Source: Macrostomum lignano
Lineage: Eukaryota
NCBI GenBank assembly: GCA_002269645.1
Contig: NIVC01000061.1
Coordinates: forward strand, 1-64,000
DNA: 64,000 nucleotides
Reading direction: 5' to 3'
Shown: one piece after another, positions 28,601 through 41,358 of the stretch
Layout of the letters: each line of letters opens with the position of its first letter
How positions within the stretch are numbered: position 1 is the stretch's first letter
Made by a program: the position numbers and the translations under genes
The notes under the pieces: generated by a model
The model's database searches: none
What the model saw: only the letters and a program-made list of their open reading frames with translations
Told to the model about the DNA's origin: nothing

Positions 28601-31600
28601 ATCATGCTTTTCTGAAAGGAAACATCGTTAAGTACGCGTAAACTTTAGTCTTAAAAAAACTGATACAACGGTAACTATGTACTATTGGTCCTTGGTGTTA
28701 CACCTAGGTGCCTGCAAACCTATGCTTATTGTTGTTATTCCTTTCCCATATCCAAATATGGCTGCTCTCCTTTACTTCAAGCGCTGACTGACGTGCGGAA
28801 AATCGCATTCAATTTGATCGATGGATGATGAGGCAGAGAACTGGCTGGGTCAGCTGCACTGCCAGCGAGAGTCATATCAGACAGCATTATAGCCACTGGG
28901 CCGCTAAACACCAGCCTATCCGCCCCCTTAGCCTTTTCCTTTGACAGAATAATAAAACAAGTAAAAGTACACGGTTGGGCGAGAGAGAGGGACCGGCGGC
29001 CACTCAGACAAGGAGCGAAATGGAAGCCAGGGCTTGAGAGAGAGAGAGCAAGCCCAGTGGCAAATGCACCGGCCCAAGAGAGCCCCACTAATGCGGTGGT
29101 TAGCGGCTGGGCGCCCGCGAACTTTGCAGACAGGAGAAAGTGTGCGCCGCGCGCTTTCAAGACGAAACGAGAGCCTGGAATGAGCTTGAAGTAAAGCGAA
29201 TAAGTACGACCCCGGGAGCCCTGCCGTCTCTTGCTCTCTCTCACCTCGGCGGACCTCCTCTTCATCTTGATGAGCCGCCTCTCTCGCTGTCTTTCCCGCG
29301 GCGGCGGCGGCTGCGGAGGCGACGGCGACTGAATAATTGAAAAGATAAGCGAAAAAGAAAGAGGCGATCCTATCGAAGCAACCGGGGAAGATATATTTTT
29401 TTCTCAACGACTGCGAAGCGAGAGAAAGTGGGTCTGAAGTGTTTTTTTTCCTTTTCAACTTTTTCGATAGTGTGTCCGCTTAGACCCTCAAGTTCGCGCA
29501 GGTGATGGAGCGCCCAGCAGCAGCTCAAGCGAGAGAGCCGGAGGGTATCTTTAAGAAAACTTTTCCTGCTTCTATTTTTTTTTCTAGAGCAGACACGGAT
29601 CGACGAGGACTTGATAGGTCTTAAAGTGGCTGCCCCGCCTCGGTCGAGGTTGAAAAACTGGCCTTGAGTTTTCTTGAGTTTTTGATGGTTTCAGCGCTAG
29701 TTTTAACTTTTAAATAACTTTTAAATTTCGCATCCCATCTTGGCATCAGAAGGCCGAGTCCTCTGTCATCAAGTTGAGAACTTGCAGTTTCCTTTCGCAG
29801 ACATGCGGTAATTACATTCATTAACGGTGAAAAATAATTAATATCTGAATAATCAATGCCCCCCCACCCGATGTGAGCAAGACAGTCGGTCGATAACTCG
29901 CACTGAGCCAATGCTGCTCAGAAAGTCCAACTGGCCGTCTGTCTGGCTGCCAGCTGCTCTGGGGAGCCTTGATGCAGCTTTTTATGGCCCGAAAAGCCGG
30001 CTGCATTCAAGACTTGGGTAAGACACTGGTAGGGGCTTACCGCCAGCTCATAAAGGAGATGAAGGAAGAGAATCAGCGCGGACGGAATATCGCTCAGCGG
30101 CTAATCAAGTCTTCGCCATTTAGTGCCGCCTCGCTTGCCCCCCCCCCCCCCTGGCTTGCCGCACTTCTGCAGGCTAAGCTCGCGCGTTTCAACTCAGCAA
30201 ACACATTCGGAAGTTCGCGAAAGTGAGTGCCAGCTAGCAGTGACAGCTCGGGTCGGGGCTCAGATTTCCGAACAAATGCAGCCCTGCCTCGGTTGGAAGC
30301 TCTCAGGGTTGGAGGGCAGCTCCACGTGGAACTGCAGGATGCGAACTTCTCGCAGTTTCTCCCAGAGGCGCCTCTCCTCGCCTCATCTGCCACTCGCTGC
30401 TCCATTTGCAGCTGAAGCTGGATAGCGCCGAGACATTCTAGAATCGAATCAAGGCCCGAACTGCCCTCAATCAGCCGGCCGCAGCATCCTTCGCCTACCT
30501 CTCCATCGCCAGAACTGACCAGCAAAGGGAGGTGCCCTGTTGGCTGCTGCACAACTTCATTTCCTCGCCTCTCCCGCCCGAGCTGAAAGAAGGCTTGCCT
30601 TGTCTTGCTTTGCCTTGCCGTAATTGGTTAATTAGCATGACAGGGGTCATTGGCACGCCCGCAGGACAAAATGCGATTTCCACACGCCTGCAATTAAGCA
30701 AGTCCAGTGGAAAGAAAACTATAGGGGATAAATTCTTACAATTAAGAAATAACTCGCTCAAGCGATCCTTCTTGATGCTAAGGTATCGACTGGGCAGATG
30801 ACGCCACTATTGTCGGCTTCAGTCTGTAGCTGCGCTGTTCTTAACTGCGCATCGATGCTATTGGAATGAAATGAATGGATTAAAGTCAATTTATTTGGAC
30901 TTTTGCAGATAGTAGTTAAGTTCTTAGACTGCGCAGGCTGTTCTGCACTTATTCTCAAACTTGTTGAACTTCTGTCCAAATTCATTTAAAATGATTCTAT
31001 GCTACTAATAGTAGCTCTGAAGCCCATTAAGTGTAGGAGTAGGTTTATCTTAGCCATTTAACCATTTAAAAATTCTAATAATGTATGAAACAGAAGCACG
31101 ACTTCTACAAGTAAAATTATGGTACAGCTCGTATTTCTTATTTCAGTAAAAAATTTGTTTTTGATTCAGCAGCTGCATAAAGCTTTGAAAAAAAATTTCT
31201 ACGTAGGGAGACAATTCGGTGAAAGTGCTTCTGACTTTCTGTTTTGCTAGTTAGAGAAGCGCCAGACAGTGTTTGCGCACCCAGTAGAAGCGCATCATTG
31301 GTGGGTACAGCGCTGCGACCGCGACCGGATCCTCCTAATGAGCTCGGCGCATCCGTGTTTAAGTCTGAGGTTCCTCCCCTTCCCCTGCTTCTGCAGTTGC
31401 AGGCCATTGACAGTAGCGTCTTCGGCTGCTGCTTATCTTCCTGTGTGCCCCAGCGCTAATTGAGCCACTGCCACGCGACCTTTTCTGGACAGCTGTGAAC
31501 TGAGCGGCCCCGCCCTCGAGGCTTCACTGCTTGGTTGGGGGAGACTTTGTTTTTTTTTTGGGAGGAATTTTAGCACACAGAGATAGTGCTTGCTAGCTTC

Positions 31601-32449
31601 TGTGTGTGTCCAGAAGTGAGATTCGAATTCGCCAGGACCAGATTCTACTTTAAAGTAAGCGTTCACTATTCGTCAGGTCAGGCCAACTTCATCCTACTGG
31701 CGAGCCAACTCGGCCAAAGCATACTCAATTCTATTTCGAAAACGTCCGGATTGAACACAAACGGGGCCTGCGAAATGACTGCCAGAAAGTTGACTGCCTG
31801 TCCTAGAATTTGTAACGCTAAGCCTAGCATGATACAAACGCATTATGAATCCCACGATACAAACCCATGTAACGTTATAGAACGCATTTACGAGCCGTAT
31901 CAGTTGTCTTTTAAGCTGTTGACCAGTTGCCATTGGATGGACTAAAGTCTCACGGATCCAAAAACATTTCTATGTGGCCATAGACATCTTTGGCGAGCAA
32001 AATTCATACAAAGATCGGCGCTAATGGTTATAGCACTCATTGTCCTGAAGTTGGACCTTCGATCAGCTCTCAGTATTTTAGCTCGGGCGGCTTCAACTAC
32101 AGTAGAAAACGGTTGTACTTCAAAACAGACTTAGGAAACAGAATTAATCATCTGGGATCCCCTGTTCGCTAGTCTGGGGGCAGCGTTTTGGCTCCGAACT
32201 TTCGTAGAATTTATGATCGGTTAAAGCTTGCTTAGCGAACTGCTTCGTTAGCTGCTTTTCGGTTTAACGCAACCTTTTCCAGTCTTTGCCTTCCTGCCTC
32301 TGACATTTATAGTCAGCAACATTGAAAGCCGCCATCCCAGCGAGATTTGAAGAACCTCATTTGCAGTGCGTCATTTGCAGTGCAGTGAGCCGATGCTCTA
32401 TGGTAGAAGTTTCAATTTTGCTGAGTATATAGCCACCCCTCCAAGTGCA

Positions 32450-32982
32450 GGGGGGTCTTTCTCGAAAGCAACTTACGATCGATCATAGACGTAAGTTGGG
32501 TAAGCTACACTTACGGGTTGCTCGAAGGGCTCGCAAGTTAGCTATGCGTAAGATTGATCGCAACTTTACGAGTTCGTAACTTTGCGCAAAATACTGTTTC
32601 TCTAAACGTTCGTATGTCTATGGTCTTTCGTAAGGTTGATCTTAACCCTACGACTGCTCTGTATCAGTCGTAAGACGCACTTAAGCACTAATCGCATAGT
32701 ACGTGAAGCTTTAGTCAAGCCAAGTCAAGTTAAACTTTATCGAAGGTGGGTCTTTATCGAAAGCAACTTACGATAGACTAAGTAAAGATATTTGCAGATT
32801 TATTACCATAGACATGCAACTTTTTGTTTCAGATACGACTTACGAACAGCGTAAGCCACCCAAAGTCTAAGTGAGTTTTGAGAAAGCGTCTTACGAGCAA
32901 ACTTACGCTACACGTAAATTTCTTTCTTACGATCTAACTTACCATAGAACTTACGTGAGTTTCGAGAAACACCCCCCCCCCC
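32450..32982. mobile_element. Degenerate MITE-like element, possibly PIF/Harbinger-type
   Basis: GGGGGGTCTTTCTCGAAA at the left end versus TTTCGAGAAACACCCCCC at the right (16 of 17 bases complementary); extra internal end-like copies near 32745 and 32871; many CTTACG/CGTAAG motifs. No matching TSD. Confidence 0.5.
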
Positions 32983-34917
32983 TTAGAACTGTCGAGCTCG
33001 AGTCACTATCGTTAACGCCGGCTGGCGAGATGTACCAAACAACCAAGCTTTGTGGTTGGACATAGTACACGATCTCTAATTTGAGGATCTCGGCGTTACG
33101 CCAAAGGAGAGGTTCCGAGAGGACTTGGTGCATGGGTCCTTCGCCGAACTTTTGACCACAAGTTTCGTCCTCCGCAGAGTAGGCGTGAGGCAATTGACCA
33201 GCCAGGGGAAATCGAGTCTTGAGTAATAAGATCAGATCATTCGATTCAGCTTATCATTCAATCCGCCGCTACTATTGGAGAAGAACGGTAGAACTGTCGA
33301 CCTGGAAAAAAGCAAATAGCACCGGCTTTAAAGTCTCTTTTGATCCAAGTAGGTTTGTCTCGGGCTATCTATTGTAGATTTGTTTTAGGGGGTCAGAAAA
33401 GGCTTGGCTACTGCGCGGCCTTGAGCGCCAATATATAGATTTAGAAATCGATATTTGCGTGGGGTGGAGTTGCGCCTGATAAACAAGAAGCGTGCAAGCT
33501 GATTAGCTGCAGAGTGACGGGGGCAGACATTGTACACTCGATGGTCAGAGAGTTAAACGATGTACGGCCAAAATCCTTCCCCAAGCAGATAAAAGTTAGG
33601 AGATAAGAGCAAATGGGAAGCTAAGTAAACATTTCGAAGTGGGAATCAGAGGAGAATGGATGCGACTGAATAGCATAAAAATATACGGGTGTGAGAACGA
33701 ATATTCATTAGGGCATAAACACAAATACGAGCATGGATACGAGTTTTAGCATTAGTTGCGATAAAATGAGCATTGCTTATGAAAATGAACACGACGTCTG
33801 TTATCTGTGAAAATATTTACACTCCCATTTTTGCCCTGACTGGGACCTGGAAAGCTGCAGCTTCCCAAGGCCTTTAGGCGCGGTGCTCACCGCTCTATAC
33901 AGGTAAATAGAGGCGAGACCACAAAATTTGTCTTGATAGATACCCTTCACTAGCTACTCACATGCCGGTTATCAGTAGTATCCTAGGTTCATTTTAAGTA
34001 ACTGTCTCTCTTTCATTCGCTGTGTGAACGCGTTGTTACCTGAACAAATGATTAGAAAAATTTTCGAAGGTTAAATGGATCAGAAAGAAATTTAGTTCTG
34101 CGAATTTAAGCGCAACTCTAGTTGTTAATGTGCCTTCTATCAACTGCATAATTTTGATACAAGAACGCAAGACGGAAAAGTTAGGGCCTGGTCACTAAAA
34201 AACCATCGCAGATCCCAAAGCGCATTTTAGCTCTTTATATTGAATCATAAATCATAAATCATAATGCTCAAATTCTCGTGACGCGGCATCCGGAGACGCA
34301 GTTGCAACCTCGCTGACTTTTGCCTGGCTATTAATAGGCTTCTGGTGATGCTTTCCTCCTGTAAGCCTTGCCAAGCGCTAAGTGAATGATTTACAGCTGA
34401 ACGCAACCGAAGCCGTTTTATTTATAGGGATTTTATCCAGTCGCAGACCGGAATCCCCATTCTAAATCTCTTAATCGGGAAGAAAAGCCGTTGGCCCCAG
34501 CCCGGCAGGAAATGGGCGTGTTAAACCGATTCCATTCTCAGGGCTGATGGGCAGCCCGTCTGGCCGGGTTAAATTTAGCATGGACTGCCACCAGTTCACT
34601 GCTTTCCAGGCCATTGTTCGGTCTGGTTTTGCGTGCCGCTCAGCCCAGCGACCCGCGGGTTCAGCTGCCTGGACTGCCGGCTGACTGACAGACCTGACCG
34701 GTGACTGCTGCAGGTCGCGTGACCTCTGACGACCATGATGCGGAGGAAGTTTGAGAGCAGACTTGTCAGCGCAGTGTCGCGGGAGTGGATTCTTTTTCTA
34801 AAGTATCTCAGTGCTTTTGCAGCTTCAAGAAATAACTGCGGCCAGCCTCCGGGGACCTTGCGGATACAATCTTCAGCTCGACCCTTGGAACGCTAGCTTT
34901 CAATGGTGGCTATTTCT

Positions 34918-36240
34918 CCTCTCATCTTCTCATATCTCATCTCTCATCTCTTCGAGTCTCATCTCTTCCAGTCGCATCTCTTCCAGTCGCTTCTCTTCCA
35001 GTCTCATCTCTTCCAGTCTCATCTCTTCCAGTCTCCTCTCTTCCATTCTCATCTCTTCTAGTCTCCTCTCTTCCATTCTCATCTCTTCCAGTCCCATCTC
35101 TTCGAGTCTCATCTCTTCCAGTCTCATCTCTTCGAGCCTCATCTCTACTGCAGTCTCATCTCTTCCAGCCTCATCTCTTCGAGTCTTATCTATACTGCAG
35201 TCTCATCTCTTCCAGTCTCATCTATTCCTGTCTCATCTCTTCCAGTCTCCTCTCTTCCATTCTCATCTCTTCCAGTCCCATATTTTTGAGTCTCATCTCT
35301 TCCAGTCTCATCTCTACCAGCCTCATCTCTACCAGCCTCATCTCTACCAGCCTCATCTCTACCAGCCTCATCTCATCCAGTCTCATCTCATCCAGTCGCT
35401 TCTCTTCCAGTCTCATCTCTTCCAGTCTCATCTCTTCCAGTCTCCTCTCTTCCATTCTCATCTCTTCTAGTCTCCTCTCTTCCATTCTCATCTCTTCCAG
35501 TCCCCTCTCTTCGAGTCTCATCTCTTCCAGTCTCATCTCTTCGAGCCTCATCTCTACTGCAGTCTCATCTCTTCCAGTCTCATCTCTTCGAGTCTTATCT
35601 CTACTGCAGTCTCATCTCTTCCAGTCTCATCTATTCCTGTCTCATCTCTTCCAGTCTCCTCTCTTCCATTCTCATCTCTTCCAGTCCCATATTTTTGAGT
35701 CTCATCTCTTCCAGTCTCATCTCTTCGAGTCTCATCTCTACTGCAGTCTCATCTCTTCCAGTCTCATCTATTCCTGTCTCATCTCTTCCAGTCCCCTCTC
35801 TTCCATTCTCATCTCTTCCAGTCCCATATTTTTGAGTCTCATCTCTTCCAGTCTCATCTCTTCGAGTCTCATCTCTACTGCAGTCTCATCTCTTCCAGCT
35901 TCATCTCTTCCAATCTCAAATCTTCCAGCCTCATCTCTTCCAGTCTCATCTCTACCGGCCTCATTTCTTTGAGTCTCATAATCTCTTCGAGTCTCATCTC
36001 TTTTAGTCTTATCTCTTCGATTCTCATCTCTACCGGTCTAATATCTACCAGCCTCATCTTATCCAATCTCATCTCTTCCAGTCTCATCTCTTCTAGTCTC
36101 ATTTCTACCAGTCTCATCTCTACCAACCTCATCTCTCCCAACCTCATCTCTTCCAACCTTATCTCTCCCAACCTCATCTCTCCCAATCTCATCTCTTTCA
36201 ACCTCATCTCTTCCAATCTCATCTCTTTCAGTCATCTCTC
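34918..36240. repeat. Pyrimidine-rich 15-bp minisatellite (TCTCATCTCTTCCAG)n with higher-order duplication
   Basis: About 1.3 kb array; the block starting near 34982 recurs near 35391 (offset about 410 bp); explains the MRLEE/SLISS ORFs. Confidence 0.92.
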
Positions 36241-36797
36241 CGCTAGTCTCCTATCCTCTGTCTCATATCCTTCAGTCTCAAAAAGAATCCACTCTCATTT
36301 GCTGTCTCCTTTTGTCTTTTCTTCACTCTTCTTGGACCCGTCTCCCGCAGTTCCTCATCTTTACTGCCATCGTATCTCCTCTTGTCCCCCTGTTGTTTTG
36401 TCCGGACTCTAATCTCTAGTCTCGTTTCTTTTCATCTTCTTTCCCGTTAGTTTTGTCTCTTCTCATATGGATGCCTCTTCTCTTCTTGCTTACTGTAGAA
36501 CAACATATTAAAATAAATTTGGAATTCCAAAACTATATTAAGAATATTTGAGTAGACAGAATTATCATATATTTAAATTGATACACAATAAAACCAAATA
36601 CAAAAAGTAAGGTAGGATATGAAGCCTGAAGATGTTTTTCAAACCATTTTTTGATCGAAATTCTTTCCTAGCAGAGTGTAGGGTTCCTCATCCGTTCTCT
36701 CATTACGCTACTCCCCCTCTAGCGCACGAACCCAGCCAGTCAGTCTTGTTGACCTTGGCAACCCGCTCGTGTTGTGGTTGGTTACAATCTCCAAGCC

Positions 36798-36804
36798 TAT
36801 AAAA
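36798..36804 (+). promoter_or_regulatory. Probable TATA box of the neuropeptide-like gene
   Basis: CCTATAAAAGG about 120 bp upstream of the ATG at 36920. Confidence 0.5.
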
Positions 36805-36919
36805 GGCGACACTGTAGGCCCAGGCCGAGGCCTCTCTTCACTGTGGCCGCAGACTCTATAAAGTGCTCAAGTGTCCAATCTTGCCGTTAAGCTTAAACTA
36901 AAGCGACACACGCCGCACC

Positions 36920-37222
36920 ATGCCGACCGTCGCCAAGCTGCAGCCGCTGCTGCCAGCGGCCGCCCTGCTAATGACGCTGCTGCTGGCGCTGGACGGCAGC
37001 TGCGAGGCTTCTCCACTGGCGCGCCACTCGACCGTCGCCCAGCCAGCCGTCGCTGAGAGCGGTCGGCACAGGCCGATTCAAGCCACTGACAATGAGCTGC
37101 AACTGCTGCTTGAGTACCTGAGCGAGGCGGCCAGGGGGCGGCAGCACCTGGTGCAGCGCCGGAACGGGGAGGACCTGTCCCCGCCCAGGGAGCCACCTGG
37201 CATTTGGAGGCGGCGGCGGTGA
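36920..37222 (+). CDS. Probable neuropeptide precursor (100 aa, single exon)
   Basis: Hydrophobic signal peptide (LLPAAALLMTLLLALDGSCEA/SP), acidic/helical spacer, dibasic RR, then NGEDLSPPREPPGIW followed by RRRR and stop; GC-rich codon pattern distinct from the flanks. Confidence 0.75.
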   Translation: MPTVAKLQPLLPAAALLMTLLLALDGSCEASPLARHSTVAQPAVAESGRHRPIQATDNELQLLLEYLSEAARGRQHLVQRRNGEDLSPPREPPGIWRRRR

Positions 37223-38472
37223 ACCGATTCAGATGGAAAACATGGAGACACCTGGTCTTCACCTAGGCGGTGAAATTCGAGCTCTGCTCCCAATGCAACC
37301 TGATCCAGTACCCCCTATACCGTTGACTGCTTGTATGTTTTAAGATTTGGTATAATCCACCAAATACACTTCTCTTTAACAGAGTTACATACAACTGCTT
37401 GCGCGCAATGACTTTGATCATTCGATCGCAAAAAATCACGAAAAACGAGTCAGCTTCGTGCACATTGGCGTTGACAGCTGTTTAAATCTCTACCAAGCCT
37501 GGGTTTTGATCTGGTCTCGGCTTAGAGTGGCATTTTAATTCGACACATTTGAGTCCATCGCAGCACTTGGAGTTGTAGTTTATGCCGCCGTACGAGCTGT
37601 AGCCGTAGAACAGGTAGCAGGCCTCGCCTTCCAAGCCGCACCTGTTGGCTATTTGTGATTTTGAATACGCGCTCTAGAAGGTGGCGGAGTGCGTTAAAAG
37701 CCAGCCCCGAAGCACAGAGAGTGTACATGCCTGACGATCAAAATGCCAGAGCTGCGGTACACCCTGCGTGAGCTGTGCATGAGTGCTGTGCCTGCGTACA
37801 GTATTGGCGCGCTTGTACATGTGCCCAGGAGCCTCAGCTTGGGTTGATGGACGGGTGTCGCCGAAGGCGTAGCGCCAGACTGTCCATAACCTTGCAAATA
37901 ATAATTATTTACTTTCTACGATCTTGAAAATGTTTAATCACTGTGATGATGCGACGTTGTAAAGGGAATAGGATGTGGAATTGCGATAGGATGAGTAACG
38001 GCTGAGATACAATGAGCAAGATGTAGTCAAAAATAATTCTGTACCCGAGATGCGCAAAGCCTGGATGGCTGGCAAACTCACTGGCTCCGCATGCAGCCGC
38101 GTCACCGCACAGCAGGCACAGGACCGTCACTGCAACAATTGGAGTCACGCAAGTGGATCCGCTTCCTCCTCGGCGCAGCATCAACAGGCAGTAATATGAA
38201 TTGAATATCATAAGTTGCTACGCGAATCCAACTTGAAAATGAAATTATGACTTAATTCTCAATTTAAGCTAGAAACTTTTTTTGCCAAACTTCAACCATA
38301 GAGTTTTATGACAGTTTGTAGATAATCCAGTTATTTACATTTGTATGCATTCAAATTACAAGTTGCTGCCTGAAACTTTAGAGTACAAGCGTAGCTTTTA
38401 TATTTTAAATCTCGCACAACATCAATGAAGTGCTCAAAACGATGCGCGGAGACCCCCGGCGGTGCGTCAAAC

Positions 38473-41130
38473 ATGGCGGACCTGCTGTCCTCGGTTAACA
38501 CCCTCATTGACAACCTCAGCGACAGTCGTCAGCAGCCGCGCTCAGCAGCAAAGGTAGGTCTCTGGACTGTAGACCGTAGGACTTCATTCGGTTCTGGTCT
38601 AGTTGGGTTAATGGATAATGCATCTGCATCCACAGTGTAGCGATGCATCAAATGCGACCAGGCCTAGAGTAGTGGAGGGGATATCAAGAGAAGTTTCCAG
38701 CTGGTCAGACTTGTTGAACTTGCTTGGCTGTCAAACGCTCAGCAGCCTGTCGAGCCGACCGGAACCGCAACTTCCGCTGCTTCATCGGCGGCCGCAGCAG
38801 CCGCAGCGGAGATCGACAAGCAGCTGGAACGGCTGGACCGCCTGTTCGCCAAGTCGAAAGAACGCCGGCGAAGAAGGCAGCGAAACCGGAAACAGCCTGA
38901 GCAGAAGCAGCAGCAGAAGGAATCGCAGAAACGCGATGCTTGCGGTGGCGGCGGTGGCGGCGGTGGAGGCTGCAGTCGGAGTCCCTGCAGCAACTGCACT
39001 ACCAGCAACTGCAACGCTCTGAACGTCCTTTCAATCAGCGACAGCTCGGAGGAGAGCCCCAAAATTGGACGATGTTGTGAGTCCGGCTTATCGTACTGGA
39101 GTTGTTTCCACTTTTGCAAGCAATAATCCGAGCTATTTACCTAGGAGTTCAATGTAACAATGTACTGTGTAGGTGCAGTTAACGCCGCAACCAAGTGCGC
39201 GCCTGCAACGAAACAAGTAAAAGTCGAGGCTCGACAAACCCAGATTGAGCAGCAGCAACAAGAGCAGCCGCAGAAAAGGCAGCAAGTGCAGCAACCGGCT
39301 GCAACCAGCAGCAGCAATCGCCAAGCCGGAATGGCGGGCATCAGCGACACCCTGTCGCTTGTGTCGCAGAACGCGTCCAACCGAAGGCAGTACATTGTAC
39401 GCCGCGGTCGAAAGCCGCCGCCGGAGCACACAAAGAAGAAGCATCGACTGCAGCAGGGTGGCGGCAGCTGGCGAGCCGCCAGCCCGGACGGCCCGAACAC
39501 TGGCGGCAACGTGGACTTCAACTACCTCAAGGACGGCTTAGGTGGCGGCCATGGAGGCAGCGGGATTAGTGGAAACGAGCCGCCCGAGGGCCGCGAGAAT
39601 TGCGCGTGAGTTTGGAGCGGCTCGGGGGACAGCGAGATAGCTTTCAGTTAGGAAGGGAGTGAATCTGACATTAGGATGGAGTGACTCTGGGATTATGTGA
39701 GATATATTCTCAGAAGTATATGAGTACTCAACTACTCGTAAATTAAAATTAAAATAAGTATCGCAAAGCAAAGACAAAGGGACATTAAGATGAAGTGACA
39801 TAAGGATGGAGTGACGTGATAATGGAGTGACATTAGAATCGAATGACATTAGGATGGAGTGACATTAGGATGGAGTGACATTAGGATGGAGTGACATTAG
39901 GATGGAGTGACATTAGGATGGAGTGACATTAGGATTGAATTACATTAGGATGGAGTGACATTAGGGTGGAGTGACATTAGGATGGAGTGACATTAGGGTG
40001 GAGTGACATTAGGTGGAGTGACATCAGGATTGAGTGACATTAGGATTGAATTACATTAGGATGGAGTGACATTAGGGTGGAGTGGCATTAGGATGGAGTG
40101 ACATTCGGATGGAGTGACATTAGGATTGAATTACATTAGGATGGAGTGACATTAGGGTGGAGTGACATTAGGTGGAGTGACATTAGGATGAAGTGACATT
40201 AGGATGGAGTGACATTAGGGTGGAGTGACATTAGGGTGGAGTGACATTAGGGTGGAGTGACATTAGGGTGGAGTGACATTAGGATGGAGTGACATTAGGA
40301 TGGAGTGACATTAGGATTGAATTACATTAGGATGGAGTGACATTAGGATGGAGTGACATTAGGATGAAGTGACATTAGGATGGAGTGACATTAGGGTGGA
40401 GTGGCATTAGGATGGAGTGACATTCGGATGGAGTGACATTAGGATTGAATTACATTAGGATGGAGTGACATTAGGGTGGAGTGACATTAGGATTGAATTA
40501 CATTAGGATGGAGTGACATTAGGGTGGAGTGACATTAAGGTGGAGTGACATTAGGGTGGAGTGACATTAGGATGGAGTGACATTAGGATGGAGTGACATT
40601 AGGATTGAATTACATTAGGATGGAGTGACATTAGGGTGGAGTGACATTAGGTGGAGTGACATCAGGATTGAGTTATATCAGGATGGTGTGACAATGCTGC
40701 TTATTTTTATCAATCCAGTAACACGGTGGTCCAAGTGGAGAGGATGGTGAAGAGTCTGCAGCTGCTCACCGACCGTTTAAAGCGCCAGTACGAGCAGCGC
40801 CAGCGCCGGAAGCGGGTCGATCAGCAGCGGCGCGGCTTCGGCGGCTGCAGCTGGGAAAACTCGATGCCGGCCGCCCGCATGAAGGCGGAGATTCGCCAGG
40901 CGCAGGCGCGGGCCACGTGTCTGCGCAACTGCCTGCGAGCCGCGCTCGGCAGCGGCGGCGCCTGCGGTCCTCGCGGCCCCGCTGGCTGCGCAAGTGGCGA
41001 CGGACCGGCAACCGCCGCTGTCGGCTGCAGACATCGGGGAGTCGCTACAGAGCAGGCCAGAGATCCCATCACCGACATCAAGTGCAAATACGAGCGCTGC
41101 CTGCTGTACAGCCGCTACGATGTCAAGTAG
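38473..41130 (+). CDS. 4-exon gene for a 419-aa low-complexity protein of unknown function
   Basis: Exons 38473-38553, 38743-39076, 39173-39605, 40719-41130; GT-AG introns with consistent phases 0, 1, 2; total 1,260 nt in frame. Poly-A, poly-G and poly-Q tracts, basic helical segments; no domain recognised. Confidence 0.75.
39780..40693. repeat. 16-bp minisatellite (TAGGATGGAGTGACAT)n inside intron 3 of the orphan gene
   Basis: More than 50 units with TAGGGT and TAGGATTGAATTACAT variants. Confidence 0.95.
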
Positions 41131-41358
41131 GAATGGGATGGGATGGGATGGAATGGGATGGAATGGGATGGGATGGGATGGGATGGAATGGGATGGGATG
41201 GGATGGGATGGGATGGGATGGGATGGGATGGAATGGGATGGGATGGGATGGGATGGGATGGGATGGGATGGGATGGGTTGGGATGGGATTGGATGGGATG
41301 GGATGGGATGGGATGGGATGGGATGGGATGGGATGGGATGGGATGGGTTGGGATGGGA
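41131..41358. repeat. (GGGAT)n pentanucleotide microsatellite immediately after the stop codon at 41130
   Basis: About 45 units; explains the MGWDG/HPIPS ORFs. Confidence 0.96.

Noticed and set aside
26052-33193. Scattered 60-180-aa ORFs (for example 27341-27610, 28777-29458, 30094-30552, 32951-33193)
   Set aside because: No domain motifs and no consistent splice path; treated as non-coding or unresolved.
34811-36412. MRLEE and SLISS repeat ORFs
   Set aside because: Products of the 15-bp pyrimidine minisatellite; frames are repeatedly broken.
39780-40693. TTAGGG hexamers suggesting interstitial telomere
   Set aside because: They are variants within a 16-bp unit, never tandem TTAGGG.
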